Part shown: piece after piece, positions 1 through 8,800 of the stretch
Layout: each line of letters opens with the position of its first letter
Position numbering within the stretch: position 1 is the stretch's first letter
From: a virus
Taxonomy: Duplodnaviria; Caudoviricetes
IMG/VR virus record: IMGVR_UViG_3300017909_000327
Location: 1 to 47,159 of that record
Direction: 5' to 3' (one strand)
Length of the DNA stretch: 47,159 nucleotides
Made by a program: the position numbers and the translations under genes
The notes under the pieces: model-generated
What the model saw: only the letters and a program-made list of their open reading frames with translations
Told to the model about the DNA's origin: nothing
Database searches by the model: none

Positions 1-246
1 CTTTGGCAATACGATTATAGAAAACACAGCAGATAGAGCTATGAGTCTACGTGTCCATGCAAAGTGTTTGTCAGTCTTACCTGCATCTCTTGCATCAGCT
101 ACAGCACTACGGTTGAACTCTGCACGTTGCATAAGCATCTCTTGCTGCAACTGGCGGTTCTTCATTGACTGACCCCAGATAGACATTACCCCACCTAGCA
201 CAGTGGAGAACAACATGGTGATTAGTTCTAGTGGTAATCCAAACAT
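1..246 (-). CDS. Holin-like membrane protein, partial (runs off window)
   Basis: Hand translation MFGLPLELITMLFSTVLGGVMSIWGQ...FAWTRRLIALSAVFSIIVLPK; two hydrophobic segments; directly follows the lysozyme gene; absent from the ORF track. Confidence 0.55.
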   Translation of the reverse strand, partial: MFGLPLELITMLFSTVLGGVMSIWGQSMKNRQLQQEMLMQRAEFNRSAVADARDAGKTDKHFAWTRRLIALSAVFSIIVLPK

Positions 247-249
247 TAT

Positions 250-1338
250 CTATACCTTATAGCTATTAGCTCTACTTGTCCAACCTGATAAAAACTTTTT
301 CTTTTCAGGACTCTTAGTTACAACTTTATTGTAGTACTCTATTCGAGCATCAGCATACTCATTTACACTTACTGGATTATCTTCTAACGCCTTTAATGTT
401 TTTGGGCCTATAATACCATCTTGCTTTGTACCAACAAGTTTTTGTAATATTTTTATAGCATTAGATCCTGAGTTTATTTGCATATCAAAAACAGATGCTT
501 GCAAATCCATAGGTAACTTATCTAGTTTAGGCTTATAAAAATACTCTTCTTTAAATATGTCTCTAGCTTCTTGTTCAGTTACATTCTTAATATCTTCAAC
601 AGTTATAGAAGAAGCTTTTACACCTCTATGCTTCGCTAAAGCAGCAGGTGTTACACCCCTATTAGTGCCTATTAATACGCCATTAACATAATTACCTGAG
701 TCATCCTTATCGTTTTGGTAGCCTCCTTCTGCAATTAAAATAGCATCTAGTTCTTTATTTAGATCAATGACTTTCCCATCTGTAGGCTGCACCTCATCAG
801 CATCAGGGGCAGCATCAATAGCACTAGTAGCAATATCAGCAATTTCTGCATCTGTAAGTGCCTCCTCTGTTTGTTGTGCCGACTCATCAAATAGTTTAGG
901 CGGTATATCAAGTATCTCAGGATCTCTTAACATTGGATCAACAATTTTTTCTACCTCTTGCTGCACTCCCTCTTCAGTTAACATTGGAGAAAGAGGACCA
1001 CCTATGAAAGGATTAGGCTGAGACTTTAGCTGTGTATTTTTTATAGTGTCTATATTAGCTAAAGCCTTTTCTTTTATATCTGCAAGTTGTTCTCCTAAAC
1101 TTTCTTTAGCTTCTGCAACTTTACCTGATTGACTCATAATCATTCTTTGGAGAAAGTCTAACGCATCTTCGCTTTCTTGATCTTCTAATGGCTCTACAAC
1201 TATCTCCTCTTGCATCAATCCATTAGGCGTATCTTCTTCTTCAGTCTTATTAAGGTCTGCTCTTTTCTCTCTAGACAAAAAGAATTTTACTAGCTCATCT
1301 GGAGTTAACGTGCCTCTATTATTCATCTGACTAAACAT
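250..1338 (-). CDS. GH108 lysozyme with C-terminal peptidoglycan-binding domain and long acidic N-terminal extension
   Basis: EGGY motif, TNRGVT, FDMQINSG, DGIIGPKT and FLSGWTSR are typical of GH108 plus PG_binding_3. Confidence 0.85.
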   Translation of the reverse strand: MFSQMNNRGTLTPDELVKFFLSREKRADLNKTEEEDTPNGLMQEEIVVEPLEDQESEDALDFLQRMIMSQSGKVAEAKESLGEQLADIKEKALANIDTIKNTQLKSQPNPFIGGPLSPMLTEEGVQQEVEKIVDPMLRDPEILDIPPKLFDESAQQTEEALTDAEIADIATSAIDAAPDADEVQPTDGKVIDLNKELDAILIAEGGYQNDKDDSGNYVNGVLIGTNRGVTPAALAKHRGVKASSITVEDIKNVTEQEARDIFKEEYFYKPKLDKLPMDLQASVFDMQINSGSNAIKILQKLVGTKQDGIIGPKTLKALEDNPVSVNEYADARIEYYNKVVTKSPEKKKFLSGWTSRANSYKV

Positions 1339-1342
1339 ATTA

Positions 1343-4189
1343 TTATGTGCCTCCTGCTAGTATAGATGCTTCATTTGGAAAGAAAGATGCCATTAAGTAA
1401 TTAGTTCCTAAGCTAAGTATTTTACCTAATGCACTACCTTTAGCCTGATCTACTTGCGCTTGAGCTTGCATCTCCGCAATCAAAATACTTTTCTGTCTAT
1501 CTTGTGCGCTTTCTGCAGAACGCCAAGCATAGTCCATTATATCTCTGTCACGCATCCATATCTGATCTAGTGCAGCTTGAGATAAGTTATTTACTTGTTT
1601 AGCGTATTCCATGTTAGAAGCGTTTATTGCTGCTGTATTCATAGTCTGTACAGATTGCCTCCACTGGGCATTGGCTTGTGCTACAGTTAAGTAGTTCTGT
1701 GCATTAAACATTTCACGAGCAGATTGTAGATCAGCATTAAACTCTAACAAGGTATTAGCTTGATCAACATTAAACTGTTGCATGGCGTTAGCTTGAGAAG
1801 CATTAAACTGATTTGTTTGGGAAGCTAAGTTATTAAAGAACTGCTGTGTTTGATTTTCGCTTGTAGCATTAAATTGTTGAGCAGCATTTTCAGCAGCTTG
1901 ATCTGTAAACAAAGCTTGTACATTCTGTTGCGCCTTAAACATAGCAGCTTGCTGTTGATTAGAAAGGTTAGACATATCCATCTGTAGGAAGTTCTGTGCA
2001 TTCTGTACTTCAGCTTGTTGTCTATTGTTTAAGTTAGCCATATCTAGATTAGCTAATGCAGCAGCCTCTGCCATAACTACAGCCTGACTATTAGATAAAT
2101 TATTTAGTTCCATAGTATTTGCAGCACGAGAATCTTCTAGAGCTATCTGTTGATCAGCCGTAAAATTCATATTAGCTATATCACTAATCTTAGCTGCATT
2201 AGATACACGAGCTTGGAATGCTTGGTCAAACTCTACACCTATAAATGAAGCACGTTGTTGTGCCGCTAACATTGCACGTTGCTGTCTATTAGAAAGATTC
2301 TGCGCCTCAAACTGTGCCATAGTCTGAGCATCCATTTGAGCAATGGGTATTGCCGCTTCCATTGCAGCTTGTATAACAGCTTGACCTGCAAGACTAGACG
2401 CACCAAGACCACGAGCAGAGAGTGTAGCCATCGCAGTACGCATAGATCCTGCAGCCCAAGCAGGTGTCTCACCACCCTCAAAGCCAGCCATCAATGTTTC
2501 TAGCTGACCTGCAACTGTTGCTTGTTTAGTCGGTGTAGCTTCTGCGTGTTGTATTGCTTCAGTAAATGTTGCAGCAGTGTGTGCGTTAGCAGCACCAGAT
2601 ATTATTTCACTTGCACCTGTAACAGGGTCACTTTGTATTTGACGTGCAGCAGGTCCGTTTATTTTTATGGCATTACCTTGCGCAGCTTTAATGTCATCAA
2701 GGGATGTTTCAAATTGTTGTTGTGCAGTTATTGTATCTGTAGGAGCACCTGTTACACCTGTTAGTTTAGCAGTCTCTTCTCTTACATCTCCTACAGCAGT
2801 TTGTGCAGTCATAGAACCTGCAGGTGCAGTTGTTGTAGTTATTGGATCTGCTTGTAATACTTGGCTTACTTGTGCAGGTGTAGTTACTATAGGTGCTATA
2901 GGGACAGCTTGACCTGCAGTAGATTCTATAACGCTACCTGCTATTGCTTCTGGTTGTAAGGTAGCTACAGGAGTTGCTGCTACGTTACCTGCTTGATTAA
3001 GGTAAGCATTAGCTAACATTTGTTGTTGTCCTGCTACTATATCGTCTGCAGTTACTGTGCCACCAGGTGCATACCCTTTAATTGTACCGCCTTGTGCTGC
3101 GGTAACAGGGGTTTGACCTACACCTGCAGGAAGAGTAGAGGGCTGTTGGGCAACTCCTTGAGGGCTTTGTGTTGGAGCAGTAGGATTAGTTACTTCAAAA
3201 TATCCTGGTGGTATATACTGTTGCGGTACTCCTCCTACAAAGGTAACGTACATTGACATACCTTGAGCATTACGAAATAAGCGTGTTTCAATTTGACCTG
3301 GACCTGTACCGCCCTGTTGAAGTTTCTCAAACATTGTTTGTGGCTGATAAAAAGATTGTTGTGTATCTGCTCTATCAACAAATTGCCCAACTTGGTTTGT
3401 GAATAAATTTTGATACGTAGGAACATTCATAGCTTGTGTCCCTGAAGTAGTAGTCGTAAATGCTGGGGCTGCAGCAGCAGGAGTAAAATTTCTGTAAAAA
3501 TCTGGTATGTTGGCAGGAGGTGTTTGATAGCCACCTGCAGGAGGTGTTACATCAGCATATCCTGGCATAATACCTGCACCTGCTGTAGTGGACACTGTGC
3601 CAGCACCTGTGTTGTCTACTATTTCATCAAGTTTTTTCTTACGTAAATCTGCCCACTGTAGCGCATTATCCATATCAAACGCACCACGACTTTGATCATT
3701 ATATTCTGCTGTATACTTTTCTTGAGCCATATTACTCCATGATGGCACTGAACTAGTTGTAGATGCTACTGTGCTTTCTATATTATTTTGATTCATATAG
3801 TCTTCTATAAATTGAGCATTTGCAACATTATCATTAACAATAAACTTATAAGGCTCACCAGTTTCAGGGTTAATTTTTCCTGCATAATTTGCTATGTTTT
3901 CTTCGGTGCTTTCTAAATACCCATACTCATTTATAGCAGTTTGTTGTGCATTATAATGAGCAGCTAGACCAGCATCTATTGGGGCAGTATTTAAAGTGGA
4001 GTTTTCATAAAACTGCCCTGTGCCAGGTTTATATCCATATGACTGTAGAAACTCCTGTCTAGCCATATAATTATTAGGATCAATGCCAACAGCTTCAGTG
4101 GCAGCATTTAAAACATCTGTGCCAACACCTGTTGTTTGAGATGCATAAACTAAATCTGCTAATTCTTGAATTTGCTCTGTAGTTGCCAT
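1343..4189 (-). CDS. Internal virion (ejection) protein, Q/N/A-rich helical
   Basis: 948 aa; AQQFNA/NLSNQQQ-type repeats; hydrophobic C-terminus; position after the tail genes. Confidence 0.6.
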   Translation of the reverse strand: MATTEQIQELADLVYASQTTGVGTDVLNAATEAVGIDPNNYMARQEFLQSYGYKPGTGQFYENSTLNTAPIDAGLAAHYNAQQTAINEYGYLESTEENIANYAGKINPETGEPYKFIVNDNVANAQFIEDYMNQNNIESTVASTTSSVPSWSNMAQEKYTAEYNDQSRGAFDMDNALQWADLRKKKLDEIVDNTGAGTVSTTAGAGIMPGYADVTPPAGGYQTPPANIPDFYRNFTPAAAAPAFTTTTSGTQAMNVPTYQNLFTNQVGQFVDRADTQQSFYQPQTMFEKLQQGGTGPGQIETRLFRNAQGMSMYVTFVGGVPQQYIPPGYFEVTNPTAPTQSPQGVAQQPSTLPAGVGQTPVTAAQGGTIKGYAPGGTVTADDIVAGQQQMLANAYLNQAGNVAATPVATLQPEAIAGSVIESTAGQAVPIAPIVTTPAQVSQVLQADPITTTTAPAGSMTAQTAVGDVREETAKLTGVTGAPTDTITAQQQFETSLDDIKAAQGNAIKINGPAARQIQSDPVTGASEIISGAANAHTAATFTEAIQHAEATPTKQATVAGQLETLMAGFEGGETPAWAAGSMRTAMATLSARGLGASSLAGQAVIQAAMEAAIPIAQMDAQTMAQFEAQNLSNRQQRAMLAAQQRASFIGVEFDQAFQARVSNAAKISDIANMNFTADQQIALEDSRAANTMELNNLSNSQAVVMAEAAALANLDMANLNNRQQAEVQNAQNFLQMDMSNLSNQQQAAMFKAQQNVQALFTDQAAENAAQQFNATSENQTQQFFNNLASQTNQFNASQANAMQQFNVDQANTLLEFNADLQSAREMFNAQNYLTVAQANAQWRQSVQTMNTAAINASNMEYAKQVNNLSQAALDQIWMRDRDIMDYAWRSAESAQDRQKSILIAEMQAQAQVDQAKGSALGKILSLGTNYLMASFFPNEASILAGGT

Positions 4190-4199
4190 ACTTTATTCC

Positions 4200-4466
4200 T
4201 TACTTACCCATTGTCATCCATACCGCACCTGCAATAAATGTCAGGACTCCAACGGTAGTCATTTTTACTATAGTTGATCTTATAGATCTACGTGTATCTC
4301 TCCATGCTTCTATGAGGTTACGCATTTCTATTATGTCTTTAGCTGCGTCATCATCGAGTAGCCCAATAGAACGCAGTGCCTCTTTAGCACCACGCCTAGC
4401 TGCATTATCTAACATCTCTTCTAGTTCTTCTGGGGATAATTTAATATCACTCATAGTTAAACTCAT
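4200..4466 (-). CDS. Small membrane protein, DUF6127-like (start may be MSDIK at 4454)
   Basis: ELEEMLDNAARRGAKEALRSIGL pattern and a C-terminal TM helix. Confidence 0.55.
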   Translation of the reverse strand: MSLTMSDIKLSPEELEEMLDNAARRGAKEALRSIGLLDDDAAKDIIEMRNLIEAWRDTRRSIRSTIVKMTTVGVLTFIAGAVWMTMGK

Positions 4467-4483
4467 TTACCTTTAAATGTCAA
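4454..4483 (-). promoter_or_regulatory. Conserved phage promoter TTGACA-N16-TTTAACTA
   Basis: Same 30-bp architecture as four other copies in the window. Confidence 0.6.
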
Positions 4484-7080
4484 GTTTTTACTAATAACTC
4501 AGTTGCTGAGATAGCAGTCCCTGCTAGTACACTTGGGCTATCTGCTGTTGTGTCTATCGTTCCATCATTCTGTACAAAATATTGCTGTCCTGCAGTGAGG
4601 GAATTTTGATTGTCAATTACAGAGCCTATGATGTTTATTGAGGCTCTATTTCCATCAGCAATATTTGCTCTAGTTGTGTTGTCATAAGCAACTTGAACTA
4701 CTTGTGCCATAGCATTATCACTTCCAGTGGTATCTATATAAGCAAGAACAACCTTATTATTCGTACTATCAAATGCTACTCCTGGTAATATAGAAACACC
4801 CTGAACATCCATAACTACTACTTCTGTACCAAATGAAATACTTGTTCCACTTACTGTGCCAATAATAATAGTCGGTCTATTGGAGTTACCACCATCTTTG
4901 TAAAGAAGTAATATCTTTCCTGCGTTAGAGTCATAAACTCCTCGTATGTATTCAGTTTCTGCTGCTGCAAATACTACAGGAGATCCATAAGAAATAGAAG
5001 TACCACTTACAGTTCCTATGATAGCTGTGCCATGATTAGAGTTTCCAACATCGTTGTAGCATATAACTACTTTGTTATTTGAACTATCAAATATTGTTTC
5101 AATATGAGTTGTATGAGCAGCCTCAAAAACAACAGCAGTACCAAAGCTTATTGAAGTACCACTTACAGTTCCTACAATAGACGTTCCATGATCAGAGTTA
5201 CCTTGATCTTTATAAGCAATAACTACCTTATTATTTGAGCTATCAAAAGTTATTGCTGTTGAGTTCATATTTGCGCTCTCAAAAACAACAGGAGTTCCGA
5301 AACTTATATCTGTACCTGATATTGTGCCAACTGCAGCAGTGCCGTAACCAGAATTATCTGCATCTCTGTACGCAACAACAAGTTTATTATTAGAGCTATC
5401 AAAGGTTGCATTAATATGCTGAGTGTTACCTGATTCAAAAGCTGCTTTAGTACCAAAAGATATAGACGTACCACTTACAGTTCCTACGATAGCTGTACCA
5501 GTTCTGTCGTCTGTGCTTGGATTGTTTGTGTCCGTATAAAAAATAACAACTTTGTTTGCGTTGCTATCAAAGATACAATCCATCTGATCGCCAGTAATTT
5601 CACTGTTTTGAAAAGTTACTGCAGAACCAAAACTTATAGAATTGTTTGCAGCATCTACCGTTCCAACAACAGCTTTACCTTTACTTCCATCAGTGCCATC
5701 ACTAAAAGCTACTACAACTTTTCCTGTACTAGAGTCAAAAGCTGCAGCAAAACCAGATGTAGCTCCTGACTTAAAAACTGCTTCTGTGCCTACAGCTTGA
5801 GTGGCACTGTCGTATGTTACATTTCCTGATGACATACCAATGTAGTTTTCTGAGGTGAGGTTTTTTATATCTCCTGCACCTGTATATACTACAGCTTTAC
5901 CCTTGCTTGAATCACCGCCATCTGTAAAAGCCAAAACAGTTTTATTTGCTGTTGGTACATGGGCGTGATTAACTTCACCAGTAGTAATACTAGCATCAAT
6001 TGCAAAAGCTGATCCATGCGTAAATGCTGAAGTTGTTGCGGAACTTGTGAACATATTTAAAGCACCGCCATTATCTCTTGTGGCAATCGTAATTTTATTT
6101 ATGCTACTATTAAAAGAAACACCTATATTTGTTACTTGTGCAGCACTATAAAAAGTAGATTGTCCTGTAAAGGATATGCTTGTTCCTGACACTGAACCTA
6201 TGACAGCTTTACCTTTATCATTATCCCCACCATCAGCATAAAATATATGAACTCTATTTATATTAGGATCATTAACTACTCTAGTAAGTATTGTCGCTCC
6301 ACTTTCAAACTCCGTTGCAGAACCAAAACTTATAGAAGTTCCAGAAACAGTTGCAACTTTTGCATTTCCTGCTGTCAAAACATATCCTATTACGTGCTTA
6401 TTATTTGCAACATCATAGGCTATGTCTACATAACTAGTGCTTGCACTACTAAATGTGGCAGGAGAGCCAAAACTAATACTTGTACCACTTACTGTACCAA
6501 CTATAGCCTTACCATAATTGCTGTCATCATTGTCTCTAAAAGCAATAACAACTTTATTAGCGGAAGTGTCAAAAGATATTCCTATACTATTATTAGTGTT
6601 TCCACTCTCAAATACAACAGGTGATCCAAAAGAGATAGAAGTGCCACTAACTGTGCCTACAATAGCCGTTCCTGCACCACCATTAAGCCCATCTCTATAT
6701 GCTAAGACAATTTTGTTGTTTGAGCTATCAAATACTGAAGCCATAAGGGTTGAATAAGCACTTTCAAATACGACAGGTGATCCAAAAGAAATTGAGTCAC
6801 CACTAACTGTGCCTACGATGGCAGTGCCATAATCGCTGTTTCCTGAATCTCTGTAAAAGATCACAACTTTGTCATTAGCACTATCATATACAACTGATTG
6901 ATTTCTAGCTGCTCCTGATTCAAACTCAACATTACTACCTTTAGCCTCAGTCAATGTAGTCGTACTTACAACACTTACAGTCCCATCAGAATTAACAACT
7001 ACTGGCTTACCGCTTGGCAGTGTGCCACTGGCTACCGCTTTAAACTCACCACTTTCTTCAGCCCCTATACGTTTTAACAT
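4480..7080 (-). CDS. Virion appendage/receptor-binding protein with two predicted 7-bladed beta-propellers
   Basis: About 14 repeats of ~52 aa (FDSSNNKVVIAY..GTAIVGTVSGTSISFG). Confidence 0.7.
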   Translation of the reverse strand: MLKRIGAEESGEFKAVASGTLPSGKPVVVNSDGTVSVVSTTTLTEAKGSNVEFESGAARNQSVVYDSANDKVVIFYRDSGNSDYGTAIVGTVSGDSISFGSPVVFESAYSTLMASVFDSSNNKIVLAYRDGLNGGAGTAIVGTVSGTSISFGSPVVFESGNTNNSIGISFDTSANKVVIAFRDNDDSNYGKAIVGTVSGTSISFGSPATFSSASTSYVDIAYDVANNKHVIGYVLTAGNAKVATVSGTSISFGSATEFESGATILTRVVNDPNINRVHIFYADGGDNDKGKAVIGSVSGTSISFTGQSTFYSAAQVTNIGVSFNSSINKITIATRDNGGALNMFTSSATTSAFTHGSAFAIDASITTGEVNHAHVPTANKTVLAFTDGGDSSKGKAVVYTGAGDIKNLTSENYIGMSSGNVTYDSATQAVGTEAVFKSGATSGFAAAFDSSTGKVVVAFSDGTDGSKGKAVVGTVDAANNSISFGSAVTFQNSEITGDQMDCIFDSNANKVVIFYTDTNNPSTDDRTGTAIVGTVSGTSISFGTKAAFESGNTQHINATFDSSNNKLVVAYRDADNSGYGTAAVGTISGTDISFGTPVVFESANMNSTAITFDSSNNKVVIAYKDQGNSDHGTSIVGTVSGTSISFGTAVVFEAAHTTHIETIFDSSNNKVVICYNDVGNSNHGTAIIGTVSGTSISYGSPVVFAAAETEYIRGVYDSNAGKILLLYKDGGNSNRPTIIIGTVSGTSISFGTEVVVMDVQGVSILPGVAFDSTNNKVVLAYIDTTGSDNAMAQVVQVAYDNTTRANIADGNRASINIIGSVIDNQNSLTAGQQYFVQNDGTIDTTADSPSVLAGTAISATELLVKT

Positions 7081-7082
7081 AG

Positions 7083-8528
7083 TTACCCTTTCACGATAAG
7101 TTTAGTTGCCGATACAGCCGTCCCTGCAAAGACGCTAGGATCATCAGCCGTTGTACCTAGTGTACCATCCGTTTGAACGAAGTAGCTTTGCCCTGCTGTG
7201 AGACTAGATAGATTATCAGCTATTGCACCTTGCGTATCTATGATAGCTCCTGCACCATCTGCTGCACCACTATTAGCTATGCCTATGTAGTTTTCTGAGG
7301 TGAGATTAGGCCCACTTGTCGTTATGACAGCAGAAGTGCCTTTTGAACTATTTCCTCCATCTGAGTAAGAAGTTACAACTTTTTGTTGATCTGGATCATA
7401 AACAATCGCACCATGCAAATGAGATATACTTCCATCAAAAACAACAGGCGCACTAAAAGAAATACTAGTACCACTTACTGTTCCTGCAACCGCTGTTCCT
7501 GCGTTTGAATTACCTGCATCATTATATACTAATACAACCTTTTGAGCATCTGAGTCATACGTCATACCTATACGAGCAGCTTCAGCTTCTAAAAAAACTA
7601 CAGCAGTTCCAAAACTTATACTCGTACCTGACACTGTACCCACTATTGCAGTACCATAATCAGAGTTACCATTATCTTTATATGCTATAACTACTTTACC
7701 TGCATTTGAATCATATGCAGTAGCTATTTCCTGAGTATTTCCACTTTCAAACTCAACAACACTACCAAAACTAATTGAAGTACTGCTAACAGTTCCAACA
7801 ACGGCTTTACCTTTACTGGAATCATCTGTGTCTTGATAAGCTATTACAACTTTATTGTTAGTGCTATCAAATGCTGCTGATATGTAATTAGTTTCTCCAC
7901 TTTCAAATGTAGCCTCTGAGCCAAACGAAATGCTTGTTCCACTAACGGTTCCAACTATTGCAGTTCCTGCGTTTGAATTGCCAACATCTCTGTAAGCAAT
8001 GACTATTTTATCAGCATTAGTATCATAAACAACTGAAGTATAAATAGTATATCCACTATTAAAAACTACAGGCGTACCAAAGCTAATGCTCGTTCCGCTT
8101 ACAGTGCCTACTACAGCCGTACCATAATCAGAATTACTTTGGTCATGGTAGGCTATTACAACTTTTCCAGTGTCGGGATCAAAAGCCATTTGATGATAAT
8201 CGCTATTTCCACTTTCAAATGCAGCCTCACTACCAAAACTTATTGAAGTTCCAGACACAGTGCCAACAACCGCATAACCTGTGCTAGTACGAGTATAAGC
8301 TATTACAACTTTATTATTAGTAGTATCATAAGCAGAAGCACAATAACTACTATCAGAGTCTCTAAAAAGAACAGGGGTACCTACGCTTGGTGCGCCACCA
8401 GTAGAAGCAACAACAGCTACGGTACCATCAGTATTTACAATTACAGGCTTGCCATTTGTTATAGCACCACTAGCTACAGCATGTTCCTGCCTTGGTAAAC
8501 TTTCATCGTTGCCTATGACACGCAGCAT
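7083..8528 (-). CDS. Virion appendage/receptor-binding protein with one predicted 7-bladed beta-propeller
   Basis: Seven ~52-aa repeats counted; paralogue of its neighbours. Confidence 0.7.
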   Translation of the reverse strand: MLRVIGNDESLPRQEHAVASGAITNGKPVIVNTDGTVAVVASTGGAPSVGTPVLFRDSDSSYCASAYDTTNNKVVIAYTRTSTGYAVVGTVSGTSISFGSEAAFESGNSDYHQMAFDPDTGKVVIAYHDQSNSDYGTAVVGTVSGTSISFGTPVVFNSGYTIYTSVVYDTNADKIVIAYRDVGNSNAGTAIVGTVSGTSISFGSEATFESGETNYISAAFDSTNNKVVIAYQDTDDSSKGKAVVGTVSSTSISFGSVVEFESGNTQEIATAYDSNAGKVVIAYKDNGNSDYGTAIVGTVSGTSISFGTAVVFLEAEAARIGMTYDSDAQKVVLVYNDAGNSNAGTAVAGTVSGTSISFSAPVVFDGSISHLHGAIVYDPDQQKVVTSYSDGGNSSKGTSAVITTSGPNLTSENYIGIANSGAADGAGAIIDTQGAIADNLSSLTAGQSYFVQTDGTLGTTADDPSVFAGTAVSATKLIVKG

Positions 8529-8533
8529 TATTA

Positions 8534-8797
8534 TTACTCTCCGTCATCCTCTGAAGGATCTACCCAATCGGGATTAGCTGCCCAAGTTGTGCCGTCAAAG
8601 GTATACTTGTTGCCTGTCCAATCAGCAGGGGCATTGGTAACATTCTCTGTAATAGTCGTGTTGCCGCTGTTTAAATCAGCGATAATAAACTTAGCAGGAT
8701 CACCCACTGTAATATCATTTGCTGTTGCTGTAATTGTTACGTCATCTGCAAGTAAATACTTGCTTAGACCTGTTGATGTTTCTACGATAGTTTTCAT
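8534..8797 (-). CDS. Small fibre-associated/assembly protein
   Basis: 87 aa, C-terminal APADWTGNKYTFDGTTW; lies between the propeller genes. Confidence 0.5.
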   Translation of the reverse strand: MKTIVETSTGLSKYLLADDVTITATANDITVGDPAKFIIADLNSGNTTITENVTNAPADWTGNKYTFDGTTWAANPDWVDPSEDDGE

Positions 8798-8800
8798 TCT

